Notes under the pieces: model-generated
What the model saw: the letters and a program-made list of their open reading frames with translations, nothing else
Database searches by the model: none
What the model was told of the DNA's origin: nothing
IMG/VR virus record: IMGVR_UViG_3300044675_005263
Coordinates: 41,347-105,346 of that record
Source: a virus
DNA: 64,000 nt
Reading direction: 5' to 3' (one strand)
Part shown: positions 17,753-27,732 of the stretch, one piece after another
Numbering within the stretch: the first letter of the stretch is position 1
Layout: each line of letters begins with the position of its first letter
Position numbers and translations under genes: made by a program

Positions 17753-18412
17753 TCAAACTTGGTAAACAGTCTCCTTATGGTGGAGAACCCTGACCAAGGG
17801 GTCAACCCAAATCTTATAGCCAGCTTTCTTGGCATTATTGCAGAAAGAATAGTCCTCCCCAACATTGGTGTCAAAAGTCATGTCGTCCCAGCGAACCCTA
17901 TCGATCAAGAACCAAGGTCGCTTCATGTTCTCTAGAACCTCAGCCTTCATAGCCACAAAGCCAAATCCTACCCCACCCACCTCAACTGGCTCATCATCTA
18001 GCATAAAGTCAGTCTTATTGACCTTCATAGGTCTTCCTAGAAAGTCAGGCTTATTCACAGCCACAGTCCCATTAGGATGGGTCTGATAGAGCCCTGAAAT
18101 AATATCTAGGGGTGACTCAAGCAGCTTCAGGAAATCACCCACCTCCCACTCAATGTCTGAATCAATCCAGAAGATCTTTCCACAGGTGAATGCCCCGGAA
18201 CCAATAACTCGAGTTTCCCAGTTATGCGAGTAGGTATCCGTTGCGGTTAGTTCTCTGGCACTAGGGACAAAGGATGAATACTTATTGAGCCAAATATAGG
18301 AGATTCCCTCACTATCTAATCTGGCACAGGTTTTTACTAACGCCCTGACATATTCAGCTTTCATTGAATGTCCGGGGGTTGCTATTGCTACATCATAATG
18401 TTGCACACTCAT
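17753..18412 (-). CDS. glycosyltransferase (GT-A fold)
   Basis: WIDSD (DxD), GFGFV, GEDYSFC, WVDP...H. Confidence 0.85.
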   Translation of the reverse strand: MSVQHYDVAIATPGHSMKAEYVRALVKTCARLDSEGISYIWLNKYSSFVPSARELTATDTYSHNWETRVIGSGAFTCGKIFWIDSDIEWEVGDFLKLLESPLDIISGLYQTHPNGTVAVNKPDFLGRPMKVNKTDFMLDDEPVEVGGVGFGFVAMKAEVLENMKRPWFLIDRVRWDDMTFDTNVGEDYSFCNNAKKAGYKIWVDPLVRVLHHKETVYQV

Positions 18413-18449
18413 AGAGCATAGTCTATAGCAAGATAGTAAAATAGTCGAT

Positions 18450-18647
18450 ATGGTCAATAGTCATCTTGTAGAGTGCAGTTGGGACGACTGTCCTTCCCAC
18501 AGCACCTTTGACCCATCAGATGCAATTGTTTTAACTTGGCCTAGAGCCCTTCAAAAGGTAAGATATTTTCATTCAACAGAATGCTTATCAGGGTATGCAA
18601 AAACCTTTCCTAATAACTTCGTAACGAGTGGGGAACTAGATGTCTAG
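18450..18647 (+). CDS. small Cys/His protein
   Basis: CSWDDC...FHSTEC; first gene of the + block. Confidence 0.55.
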   Translation: MVNSHLVECSWDDCPSHSTFDPSDAIVLTWPRALQKVRYFHSTECLSGYAKTFPNNFVTSGELDV

Positions 18648-18819
18648 AATTGATGACGCATTCGATGCCATAGAAGAACTTGGTTACTCGGTCTCATACA
18701 TCTCCTGTGGCGAATGCGATGGAGATGACCTTCTAGTTGAGCTTCACAGTTGCCATCTTAAAGAGGTAAACGTATTGTTCGACAGAGATGGATTGCATCC
18801 CACCACTGATCTAATTTAG
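18640..18819 (+). CDS. hypothetical protein (not in ORF track)
   Basis: MSRIDDAF..., fills the gap between neighbours. Confidence 0.5.
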   Translation: MSRIDDAFDAIEELGYSVSYISCGECDGDDLLVELHSCHLKEVNVLFDRDGLHPTTDLI

Positions 18820-18827
18820 GAGAGACT

Positions 18828-19052
18828 ATGTCTGATGTTGCTGTTTACTGGAGTAATTACGAACAACATAAAACAGAAATTGAATCAACTATCCGTCATA
18901 AGATTTATATTGCCATACAAGATGCAATTGAAGAAAGCAAATCTAAAGCACTTCCTGAACAATTTATTGCAGGGTTACAGTGTGCACAGGCGCTCACTTT
19001 AGATATGACATCTCATACTGTGGACAAGACCCAGCAACAAGAGCTTTTCTAG
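18828..19052 (+). CDS. hypothetical protein
   Basis: AGGAG RBS. Confidence 0.7.
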   Translation: MSDVAVYWSNYEQHKTEIESTIRHKIYIAIQDAIEESKSKALPEQFIAGLQCAQALTLDMTSHTVDKTQQQELF

Positions 19053-19131
19053 ACAAGATAGACTTAATCCCCTAGGGTAATCCAGTAGTTTTCTTTACCT
19101 TTATTTGTAACCCCTTTTATCGAATTGGAGC

Positions 19132-21186
19132 ATGTCAATGTCATTTGTTTTCTCTTTTAAGTTATCCGAAGATTTCTTAGCAACCTATAAGGATAAGAAG
19201 GCTCCTTTCGGATATAGAGATGCAGGTGGCAACTCAGTAGGTGAGATTACTTTCCTTCGCACATACTCTCGTAAAAAAGAAGATGGAACCAAGGAGACTT
19301 GGCTTGAAGTTTGCGAGCGAGTAATCAATGGCATGTACTCAATTCAAAAAGATCACTGCAAAACTAATCGTCTTCCTTGGTCTGACACTCGTGCAGCAGC
19401 TTCAGCTAAAGAAGCATTTGACCGTTTATTTAACTTGAAGTGGACACCACCGGGACGTGGGCTTTGGGTTATGGGAACTCCACTTGTTAATGAGCAAAAG
19501 AACTCTGCAGCACTACAAAACTGTGCTTTTGTTTCAACACGAGAGATGACAAAGAATGATCCAGCAAAACCATTTGCATTCCTTATGGAAGCATCAATGC
19601 TTGGCGTTGGTGTTGGCTTTGATGATTTAGGTGCTGATAAAGATTTCACTATCTATAAGCCAAACCCAGAAGTTGTTACAACAGTAGTCATTGAAGACTC
19701 CAGAGAAGGTTGGGTTACTTCAACTTCACAACTTATTAATTCATATTTGAAATCAGATCAAGTAACTCTTGCATTTGATTACTCACTTGTTCGTCCAGCT
19801 GGTGCACCAATTAAAATCTTTGGTGGAACTGCTGCAGGTCCAGATCCACTTATTAAACTCCACAACTACATTAGAAGGTTATTTGATGGCCGTGAAAATG
19901 AAAAAGTCACTCGTACTGATATCGCCGATATTGGTAATCTCATTGGCGTGTGCGTTGTTTCTGGCAATGTTCGTCGCTCTGCTGAACTCCTTATCGGAAG
20001 ATTAGGCGATGAAACATTCTTAAACCTTAAGAATCCAGAAGTATTTCCAGATCGCAACTCATACGATCCAGAGAATCCCGGCTGGGCTTGGATGTCTAAC
20101 AATTCAATCTCTGCAGAGGTTGGACAAGACCTATCAGGAATTGTTGAAGGCATTGCACTTAACGGAGAACCCGGCGTTGTTTGGCTTGACCTATCACGCA
20201 AGTATGGTCGCTTAGCAGATCCAATTAACAATAAGGATCATCGCATTATGGGCTACAACCCTTGCGCTGAACAATCACTTGAGTCATATGAAATGTGTAC
20301 TCTTGTTGAAACTTATTTAAATCGTCACGATGACTTGGAAGATTTTAAGCGCACATTAAAATTTGCTTATCTTTACGCAAAGACTGTCACTCTTCTACCA
20401 ACACATTGGGAAGAGACCAATGCGATCATGCAAAGAAATCGCAGAATTGGCACGTCAATATCTGGAGTTGCTAACTTTGCAGATCGTATTGGATTACCAA
20501 TCCTTAAGGACTGGATGGATAAAGGGTACAGCGTAGTTAAGAGTTATGACGTGACTTACTCAGAATGGCTAGGTATTCGTGAGTCAATCAAGACTACAAC
20601 CGTTAAGCCATCAGGCACAGTCTCAATCTTAGCTGGAGAGTCTCCAGGAGTTCACTGGACTCCGGGCGGAAAATACTTCAATCGTGCTATTCGCTTTGCT
20701 AACTCAGATCCAATGCTTCCACTCTTTAAGATGGCTAACTACAGAGTTGAACCAGCATCAGAGTCACCTGACACAACTTCAGTTGTATTCTTCCCAATCG
20801 AATCAATGGCAGAGCGTGCAGAGAAAGATGTAACTATCTTCGAGAAGATGCACTTAGCTGCAGCAGCTCAATACTACTGGTCTGATAACTCGGTGTCAGT
20901 AACAGTTTCATTTGACCCAGAAACAGAAAAGCAACATGTTGGAACTGTATTACATATGTTTGATGGCCAGCTAAAGACTGTTTCATTTTTACCATCTGGA
21001 AACTTTACATATCCCCAAATGCCTTACACGCAAATAACTCAGGAAGAATATAATGAAGAAGGAGTTAATAAACTCTTCCCAATTGATTTTTCAGGAGTTT
21101 ATGCAGGTATGGGAGCCGATGCTATCGGTGAGGCTTATTGCACAACCGACGCTTGTGAGGTTAAACTAATCGCAAATAATCAGTAA
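19132..21186 (+). CDS. nrdJ: class II (AdoCbl) ribonucleoside-triphosphate reductase, monomeric type
   Basis: FLRTYSR, PPGRGLW, GNVRRSA, NPCAEQ, TVKPSGT, C-terminal CTTDAC. Confidence 0.95.
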   Translation: MSMSFVFSFKLSEDFLATYKDKKAPFGYRDAGGNSVGEITFLRTYSRKKEDGTKETWLEVCERVINGMYSIQKDHCKTNRLPWSDTRAAASAKEAFDRLFNLKWTPPGRGLWVMGTPLVNEQKNSAALQNCAFVSTREMTKNDPAKPFAFLMEASMLGVGVGFDDLGADKDFTIYKPNPEVVTTVVIEDSREGWVTSTSQLINSYLKSDQVTLAFDYSLVRPAGAPIKIFGGTAAGPDPLIKLHNYIRRLFDGRENEKVTRTDIADIGNLIGVCVVSGNVRRSAELLIGRLGDETFLNLKNPEVFPDRNSYDPENPGWAWMSNNSISAEVGQDLSGIVEGIALNGEPGVVWLDLSRKYGRLADPINNKDHRIMGYNPCAEQSLESYEMCTLVETYLNRHDDLEDFKRTLKFAYLYAKTVTLLPTHWEETNAIMQRNRRIGTSISGVANFADRIGLPILKDWMDKGYSVVKSYDVTYSEWLGIRESIKTTTVKPSGTVSILAGESPGVHWTPGGKYFNRAIRFANSDPMLPLFKMANYRVEPASESPDTTSVVFFPIESMAERAEKDVTIFEKMHLAAAAQYYWSDNSVSVTVSFDPETEKQHVGTVLHMFDGQLKTVSFLPSGNFTYPQMPYTQITQEEYNEEGVNKLFPIDFSGVYAGMGADAIGEAYCTTDACEVKLIANNQ

Positions 21187-21221
21187 AGGTTATTTGTTCA
21201 ACCAAAACTTAATAGGAGATT

Positions 21222-21536
21222 ATGTATTTTAAAAACACACCATCATGTCTAGGACTAGATATAAATTTGTTTTTTGTTGAAGATGATTCAGGTAATGCTA
21301 ATTACACGAATCTAAATCACATCAAGCGAATGTGTAAAAATTGTCCAGCATTGATGGAGTGTTTTGAATACTCAAGAGACAACCTAGTCCATGGGATATG
21401 GGCTGGAACTACTTTCAACGAAAGAGATACTTACAGACGTAAGAACGAAATAGTTGGTATACCTGTTGTACCGATCTCTTTAGTTAGAGATCACATAGAC
21501 GCTTTAGAGAGAGAAGACAATGACTGTAGTAAGTAA
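21222..21536 (+). CDS. WhiB-family transcription factor
   Basis: C...FF...CKNCP...C...GIWAG. Confidence 0.9.
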   Translation: MYFKNTPSCLGLDINLFFVEDDSGNANYTNLNHIKRMCKNCPALMECFEYSRDNLVHGIWAGTTFNERDTYRRKNEIVGIPVVPISLVRDHIDALEREDNDCSK

Positions 21537-21822
21537 AGCTTTAAAACCAGTCCACGACCAATGGGAGTGGCAGTATCAAGGCGCATGCAATGGCGTTGAT
21601 ACTGATGAGTTTTTTCTTGAAGAAAATATGCGTGGTAAAACTAAAAGAACTAGAGAGCTTAATGCTATTGCAATCTGCAACACATGTCCTGTAAAACAAG
21701 CATGTCTTGATCACGCTCTTAAAGTTCCAGAGGTCTATGGCGTCTGGGGCGGGATGAATGAAGAGAGCAGACATGCACTCGCAAAAAGGCTAGGTATTGT
21801 TTATGGCATTATACGGATTTAA
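21520..21822 (+). CDS. WhiB-family transcription factor (WhiB3/WhiD-like)
   Basis: WEWQYQGAC...FF...CNTCPV...CL..AL...EVYGVWGG. Confidence 0.92.
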   Translation: MTVVSKALKPVHDQWEWQYQGACNGVDTDEFFLEENMRGKTKRTRELNAIAICNTCPVKQACLDHALKVPEVYGVWGGMNEESRHALAKRLGIVYGIIRI

Positions 21823-21982
21823 GTGTCAAACTTGTTCAGTTGAGAGTGACTTAGAGTTCCCTATAGGAACTGCTCCGAGCACTTCTGTATGCTCCCAGCA
21901 AAGCTGTGAAGGGGAAATGACAAGAGTTTTTACTGCCAACCCAACAATATTTAAAGGAACAGGCTGGGCAGGGAAACGATAG
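21803..21982 (+). CDS. FmdB-family zinc ribbon protein
   Basis: YGFKCQTC...C...C...FKGTGW. Confidence 0.8.
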   Translation: MALYGFKCQTCSVESDLEFPIGTAPSTSVCSQQSCEGEMTRVFTANPTIFKGTGWAGKR

Positions 21983-22102
21983 AATTGTCCTAATGAAGGA
22001 CAACCTTGCTCAATGGCGTTGTGATTGGTGCAAGAAACTTTATGTCGTGTCTAGTCTGGCACGAGACTGTGAAGACAGACATCTAGAAGGAGATGACGAA
22101 CA

Positions 22103-22897
22103 ATGTCAGTAAAAGGATCAGTAGAGGCAATCATCGAGGTTGCTAAAAAAGAAGTTGGAACTGTTGAAGGTCCAAAAGATAACGAGACAAAATACGGTAA
22201 ATGGACTGGAATGAACTTCCAGCCTTGGTGTCAATCTTTTGTTTCTTGGTGTGCGTTCACATCAGGTTTGGATCCTAAAAAGTATCCAAAGTCAGCATCA
22301 ACTATTGCAGCATCAGATTTCTTTAAAAAGAATAACCGATGGGCAGATGCTCGCAATGATGACCCAACTCCAGGAGATTGGATCTATTTTGATTTCCCAG
22401 ATGATGGTGTCAACAGAATTTCTCATGTTGGTATCTGTATCAAGAACAATGGAAACGGAACCATTCAAGTTATTGAAGGAAATACATCTGGCACTGCAAA
22501 AGGAGATCAACGCAACGGAGGTATGTGCGTAGAGAAAACTCGTGCATATGTTAAGGATAATAAGTTAAAACTTCTTAACGGAATTGTTGGTTGGGGTCGT
22601 CCAGTTTATGCTGGAGAAGACAACCTTCCACTTCTTTCTAAGGTTGGATCATCTGATGCTCCAGCAGCAAAATCTGTAGCACCTAAGAAGCCAGCAGCAT
22701 TCGTACCTTTGAAAAAAGGATCTAAGGGTCCTAAGGTTAAAAAGATTCAAGAAGCTCTTAAGCTAAAGGCTGATGGAGATTTTGGATCAGCAACTGAAAA
22801 GTCTGTCATTGCATGGCAAAAAGCTAATCCAGCTTTTGGCGCAGCAGATGGCGTAGTTGGCCCTAAGACTTTTGCAGAGCTAAGTAAGGATAAGTAG
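22103..22897 (+). CDS. endolysin: CHAP amidase + peptidoglycan-binding domain
   Basis: PWCQSFV, HVGI, IEGNT; C-terminal LKKGSKG...ADGDFG...ADGVVGPKT. Confidence 0.9.
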   Translation: MSVKGSVEAIIEVAKKEVGTVEGPKDNETKYGKWTGMNFQPWCQSFVSWCAFTSGLDPKKYPKSASTIAASDFFKKNNRWADARNDDPTPGDWIYFDFPDDGVNRISHVGICIKNNGNGTIQVIEGNTSGTAKGDQRNGGMCVEKTRAYVKDNKLKLLNGIVGWGRPVYAGEDNLPLLSKVGSSDAPAAKSVAPKKPAAFVPLKKGSKGPKVKKIQEALKLKADGDFGSATEKSVIAWQKANPAFGAADGVVGPKTFAELSKDK

Positions 22898-23062
22898 ATG
22901 CTCGAAGTATTAGCAGTCTATTTAGCTCTATCTATTGTCATTGCTTACTATGCAATTAAGGATGACAAGATTGCAAAAGGCTACAACCCAAACGCAAGAG
23001 ATGGCGACAAAGACGGGCGAATCCAAGATGGAACTCGTTGGGAGCGTAAAGCAAAGAAATAA
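22898..23062 (+). CDS. small membrane protein with DxDxDG motif (not in ORF track)
   Basis: TM helix then NARDGDKDGRIQDGTRWER. Confidence 0.6.
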   Translation: MLEVLAVYLALSIVIAYYAIKDDKIAKGYNPNARDGDKDGRIQDGTRWERKAKK

Positions 23063-23094
23063 TAAGTTTCTAGGGACGCTACCCCTAGGATGGT

Positions 23095-23138
23095 GAAGAG
23101 GCAGCTTTATTCTACGGAATAGACTGCCTCTTCTTTTT
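23095..23138 (+). terminator. intrinsic terminator
   Basis: GAAGAGGCAG...CTGCCTCTTC followed by TTTTT. Confidence 0.75.
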
Positions 23139-23218
23139 GTTACAATATATACAGTCACTGCCGAACGGGGTGACATTAACCGTTACTGCCTTAGGGGGTA
23201 ACAGAAAGCGAGACAGTC

Positions 23219-23674
23219 ATGTCTAGATTAGTACCATCAAATCAAACATATACACCAATAACAACAACTTGGTCTCTACCTCAAATAGATAGTTGGACAG
23301 TTGGTTTTGATAGACATTGGAAGTTATTGGAAGATCTTCATAGTTCCACAACAAAGAACACTTATCCCCCATACAACATCCTCAAAATGAGCGATGAAAG
23401 TTATGGTGTAGAGCTTGCTTTGGCTGGCTTTAATAAAGACGAGATCGAGATTGTTCATCATAACGGAATCCTAAAAATCTCTGGAAAGAAAGATGTAGAG
23501 GTTTTAGGAAGCTTTGTTCATAAAGGTATAGCTACTAGAGACTTCGAGCATCAATTTGCACTCGCAGATTATGTTGAAGTTAAATCAGCAACCTTTGAAG
23601 ATGGCATCCTAAGAATTTATCTCAAGCAGGAGCTTCCAGAAGAAAAGCGTCCTAAGACAGTAAAAATCCAATAG
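23219..23674 (+). CDS. small heat-shock protein (Hsp20/IbpA family)
   Basis: GFD, YPPYNI, ELALAGF, HKGIATRDF, DGIL, PEEKRP. Confidence 0.95.
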   Translation: MSRLVPSNQTYTPITTTWSLPQIDSWTVGFDRHWKLLEDLHSSTTKNTYPPYNILKMSDESYGVELALAGFNKDEIEIVHHNGILKISGKKDVEVLGSFVHKGIATRDFEHQFALADYVEVKSATFEDGILRIYLKQELPEEKRPKTVKIQ

Positions 23675-23738
23675 CATCCCCATCGACCTGAGCACGTCTT
23701 TAAACTGCTCCATATCCTTTTTCTGATAGGCTGACACA

Positions 23739-24152
23739 ATGACAGAACTACAACGCCCCCACTGGGATGCTTACTACACAAACATAGCCGTTGCAGTTTC
23801 CTTGCGTGGAGACTGTGTGCGAGCGCAACATGGTGCTGTAATTGTTAAGAATCATAAGATTGTCTCTACTGGATACAACGGATCACCACCTGGAAGTGAA
23901 AACTCCTGTGGAGATACAGGTCAATGTCCTAGAGCTTTAGATCCAAACGCTAAACATTCAGAGGGACAATATGATCTCTGCTGGGCAACTCATGCTGAAG
24001 CTAACGCAATCATTCGTGCATCGTGGGAAGAACTTCAAGGCTCAACCATCTACATTACTGGTGCTCCATGTCCCGGATGTAGTAAGTTAATTGCTTCATC
24101 TGGAATTGAAAGACTTGTTTATTTTGATCCAGAAGGTGAAGAAGAAAATTGA
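23739..24152 (+). CDS. dCMP deaminase
   Basis: STGYNG, HAEANA, PCPGC. Confidence 0.92.
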   Translation: MTELQRPHWDAYYTNIAVAVSLRGDCVRAQHGAVIVKNHKIVSTGYNGSPPGSENSCGDTGQCPRALDPNAKHSEGQYDLCWATHAEANAIIRASWEELQGSTIYITGAPCPGCSKLIASSGIERLVYFDPEGEEEN

Positions 24153-24937
24153 TAGTAGATACATACAAAGACATCTCTCCAGAGATTGTCAGCGCAATGA
24201 AACCTCTAATTAAAAAGTCTGACCACTACCATCATGGCCACGCTCGTCGCATGGCAAGAACTCTCCAAGTGATTCTTGACCAAAAACCTCAAGGTAGTTT
24301 TTTAGAAGTAGGAACAACAACACTCATACCACTCGTTCTTAGCAAGCTTGCTCCAGATCTAGACCTAACCGTTACTGACTTTAATCTAGATAAGCCTAAG
24401 CTTGGTGAAGACACCTTCACACTTCAAGATGAATCTATCAACCTCAAAGTTGGTCGTGTCAATATTGAAGATGAACCTCTTCCCTTCGACGATAATTCCT
24501 TCGACTTCATACTCCTCTCGGAAGTTATCGAGCACATGGAGGTCGACCCCATGTACATGCTTTCAGAGATCAATAGAGTTCTTAAAGTCGGAGGAACCCT
24601 TTTAGTTACAACACCCAACTGTGCTAGCACTTGGGCAATTCATAAAATCATCAATGGCATTGAGCCATACTTTTATATGCAATATCGCCACGATAGATCA
24701 CGCTATAGGCACAACTACGAATACAGCATCCATTCCCTTACAGCCGTTCTTAAAGCTGCAGGGTTTGATGGATCAACTTGGACTGAAGATTCTTTTGAAG
24801 AACCGCACACAGCCATCGGTCTTCGTCTTGAGATGATAGGAATAAAACTTCAACATACAGGTGACAACATTTTTGCAGTTGCTAAGAAAGTAAGTGGCGT
24901 CGTTGATAGATATCCAAAGGTAATCTATGTTGATTGA
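24149..24937 (+). CDS. class I SAM-dependent methyltransferase
   Basis: LEVG, LPFDDNSFD, EVIEH, RVLKVGG, TTPN. Confidence 0.85.
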   Translation: MIVDTYKDISPEIVSAMKPLIKKSDHYHHGHARRMARTLQVILDQKPQGSFLEVGTTTLIPLVLSKLAPDLDLTVTDFNLDKPKLGEDTFTLQDESINLKVGRVNIEDEPLPFDDNSFDFILLSEVIEHMEVDPMYMLSEINRVLKVGGTLLVTTPNCASTWAIHKIINGIEPYFYMQYRHDRSRYRHNYEYSIHSLTAVLKAAGFDGSTWTEDSFEEPHTAIGLRLEMIGIKLQHTGDNIFAVAKKVSGVVDRYPKVIYVD

Positions 24938-25862
24938 AAACGAAAAAGACGCTCCTACTATCCACCGACTAGGTGGAGAGATTAAGAATGTTCGTCGCTT
25001 AGCTGACCCTGATATTAAAGAGTGGTCTGCTACTAACTTATCTATTGGCTACCATGAATCAACTGGCTACATTGGAATGCTTCGCTCTGGTAACTATGTC
25101 ATTACTCCTCTAGGTCAGTATCAAGTTGTTACTGGTGACATAATTCGCAGCAAGATTTATATTTCCGAACTTGATCCAGATACATATAAACTTACTAATT
25201 TACGAATGCTTGATGTCGAAAACATTTCAAAAGAAGGACCGATTCGTAGAGGGCTAGAAGATCCAAAACTTTTCTATCGTGATGATGCTTGGCACTTTAC
25301 TTGCGTAACTATGGAGAAAGGTCATACAGAGAAGGCTCGTATGGCTATCTGCCGTCTTAGCGATGATCTCAAATCAATAGTTTCTTTTGAGAAGTTTGCT
25401 GGAGTTGATGCTCATAGACCAGAAAAGAACTGGATGCTCTCCCCTGACCCTAACGAGTTTTTTGATTGGATCTATGGTCCTACATCTACTATTAGAAATA
25501 ATAAGATGATCACTCATATGAATGATAACCAACAAATTGCAAGTCTTAGAGGCAACAGTAATCTTCATCCATTAGAAGATGGAACATACTTAGCAGTTGT
25601 TCACAGACTCTTTACACGAACTATTACTAACAACACTCATAGATTTTATGTCCACTACTTTGCAAAGTATGATAAAAGAGGAAAAATCATTGCTCTTTCA
25701 CGAGGCTTTATCTTTGAGAATCGTGGTACAGAGTTTGCAGCAGGGTTAACAACTCAAGGTAATAACTTCCTTATTAGTTACGGAAGCAAAGATGTTTCAT
25801 CTCATATAGCGATACTGCCACAAGAGTTAGTACTTAAATCATTACTGCCAATACAGGAGTAA
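24927..25862 (+). CDS. beta-propeller glycoside hydrolase/phosphorylase-like protein (GH130/GH43-like)
   Basis: GLEDPKLF, EKNW, EFAAGL, ISYG..D. Confidence 0.75.
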   Translation: MLIENEKDAPTIHRLGGEIKNVRRLADPDIKEWSATNLSIGYHESTGYIGMLRSGNYVITPLGQYQVVTGDIIRSKIYISELDPDTYKLTNLRMLDVENISKEGPIRRGLEDPKLFYRDDAWHFTCVTMEKGHTEKARMAICRLSDDLKSIVSFEKFAGVDAHRPEKNWMLSPDPNEFFDWIYGPTSTIRNNKMITHMNDNQQIASLRGNSNLHPLEDGTYLAVVHRLFTRTITNNTHRFYVHYFAKYDKRGKIIALSRGFIFENRGTEFAAGLTTQGNNFLISYGSKDVSSHIAILPQELVLKSLLPIQE

Positions 25863-25871
25863 AATAAGACC

Positions 25872-26111
25872 ATGAGCGAACCTCTCTATGACACGATTCT
25901 CGATACACAACTGTCTTATGGAGATGGTGACCATGAGAGGTTTGCTCACTATGTTGATAAAGCAGAAGCTGTAAAGTCCATGGTTGAGGGAACACCTGTG
26001 ATAGCTTTGTGTGGAAAGAAGTGGGTTCCATCAAGAGACCCAGAGAAGTTTCCTATTTGCCCAACATGTAAGGAGTTGTATGGAACCTTTAACTCCAACC
26101 CCGACGCTTGA
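25872..26111 (+). CDS. DUF3039 protein
   Basis: GDHERFAHYV...ALCGKKWVPSRDP..FPICPTC. Confidence 0.9.
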   Translation: MSEPLYDTILDTQLSYGDGDHERFAHYVDKAEAVKSMVEGTPVIALCGKKWVPSRDPEKFPICPTCKELYGTFNSNPDA

Positions 26112-26289
26112 ACCTATCAAAGCAATCGGTCCACAAGACCGCTGCGATAGCTGTCAAGCTAAAGCATATTACTTAGTTCAGTTCCCTTACGGGGATTTGT
26201 TCTTCTGCAACCATCATTTTGTTAAGTACGAAGATGCGCTTGTCGAAAAAGCAACTGACATCTTTGATGAGTCAGATTTTATAGAATAA
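26080..26289 (+). CDS. actinobacterial zinc-binding protein (DRCDxC...LxFCxHH)
   Basis: motif; AGGAG RBS before ATG 26080. Confidence 0.75.
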   Translation: MEPLTPTPTLEPIKAIGPQDRCDSCQAKAYYLVQFPYGDLFFCNHHFVKYEDALVEKATDIFDESDFIE

Positions 26290-26290
26290 C

Positions 26291-26566
26291 TTAAACAGTT
26301 TCTTCTATAGACTCTGGAGCTAGAAGCTCAGCTGGTTGAACAATAACTAAATCTTCAGTTACAGCTGGGACATCGAATTTTCTAAATACAATGTTATCCA
26401 TAACATGATCGCCTTCTTCAGGCTCAGATACGATAACAAATTCAGAATTTCTAAAGACCGTTATAACATCCTCGTCTTTAACGTGGGAGCATGACTCGAC
26501 ATGGCGAATAAGCTCATACACGCTGTCTGGCTTTGATTCAAAACCACATACATCGATACATCTCAT
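26291..26566 (-). CDS. hypothetical protein
   Basis: GGAGG RBS; C/H motif. Confidence 0.65.
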   Translation of the reverse strand: MRCIDVCGFESKPDSVYELIRHVESCSHVKDEDVITVFRNSEFVIVSEPEEGDHVMDNIVFRKFDVPAVTEDLVIVQPAELLAPESIEETV

Positions 26567-26658
26567 TGGAAGTCCTCCTTAGACTAAACCTATTGTACAG
26601 GTAAGATCCTCCCCTGTGTTGCCTGGACTTTTAGTCGATCTTGGCATATCATTAGGTT

Positions 26659-27732
26659 ATGACAGAATATAAGCGTCTCGAGAGGGCAAGGAAACCTCTT
26701 GAGTCTGTAGTTCAAATGGACGACTTACTGTGGGATGTAATACGTCCATTTGACTATTCGACAGATGGAACAGAGAAGTTTTACCCTTTTGAAGTTCCAG
26801 AAGATCTACCTAAAGATTATTCAATAGGAGTTATTGTTGGAGCTTCAGGCACAGGAAAATCTACTCTTCTCAAAGAGTTTGGAAAAGCCACTCCAGTTGT
26901 TTGGGATACCAAGAAAGCTATTGCTTCTCACTTTGAATCTGCAGAGGATGCAGTAGAGCGCCTATCAGCAGCAGGTTTGATGAGTGTTCCAGAGTGGGCT
27001 AAACCATTTCAAGCTTTATCTAATGGACAGCAGTTTAGAGCAGGTCTTGCTCGATCTCTTCATAGTGGAGCAGTCCTAGACGAGTTCACATCTGTTGTAG
27101 ATAGGAATGTTGCTAAAGCAGCTTCTACTTCAATGGCTAGATATGTAAGACGAAATGGACTTAAGCAAATAACAATTGCTACTTGTCATAGAGATGTTTT
27201 AGAGTTCCTCGAACCTGATTGGGTAATTGATACTGATCGTGGTGAGTGGACCTCGGGAAGGTATCTTCAACGACCTCAACTGGTACTCGACATATATCCT
27301 TGCTCAAACTTACTTTGGAGTTACTTCGCTAAGCACCACTATCTCTCCGAGTCTCTCAACAAAGCCTCACACAACTACATGGCTATCTGGGAAGGAAAAG
27401 TAGTTGGGTTTTCATCCGTCATGGCTTATCCATCAGGAACCGTGCAAAATGCTTTCAGAGAGCATAGACTTGTCGTACATCCTGACTATCAGGGTTTCGG
27501 TTTTGGACCACGCATCTCCGAAGCAGTAGCTCGACACTACACAGAAAATGGAAAGCGATTCTTCTCAAAGACATCGCATCCACGACTAGGTGAGTATCGA
27601 GACCAATCACCAGTGTGGAAACCAACATCGAAGAACCATATGAGGAGGACAGATGGCAAAGCAACGAAAAGTAGGTGGGAGCTCAACAACGAAAGGTGGA
27701 GTTATTCCCACGAATTTATCGGATCTGTCTAA
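26659..27732 (+). CDS. ABC-type ATPase fused to GNAT (Mom-like) acyltransferase
   Basis: GASGTGKS, LSNGQ, VLDE, TCH; FAKHHYL, RLVVHPDYQGFGFG. Confidence 0.85.
   Translation: MTEYKRLERARKPLESVVQMDDLLWDVIRPFDYSTDGTEKFYPFEVPEDLPKDYSIGVIVGASGTGKSTLLKEFGKATPVVWDTKKAIASHFESAEDAVERLSAAGLMSVPEWAKPFQALSNGQQFRAGLARSLHSGAVLDEFTSVVDRNVAKAASTSMARYVRRNGLKQITIATCHRDVLEFLEPDWVIDTDRGEWTSGRYLQRPQLVLDIYPCSNLLWSYFAKHHYLSESLNKASHNYMAIWEGKVVGFSSVMAYPSGTVQNAFREHRLVVHPDYQGFGFGPRISEAVARHYTENGKRFFSKTSHPRLGEYRDQSPVWKPTSKNHMRRTDGKATKSRWELNNERWSYSHEFIGSV

Noticed and set aside
14261-19026. Single DnaA-box matches at 14261 and 19018
   Set aside because: Isolated, inside CDSs and explained by VDK codons
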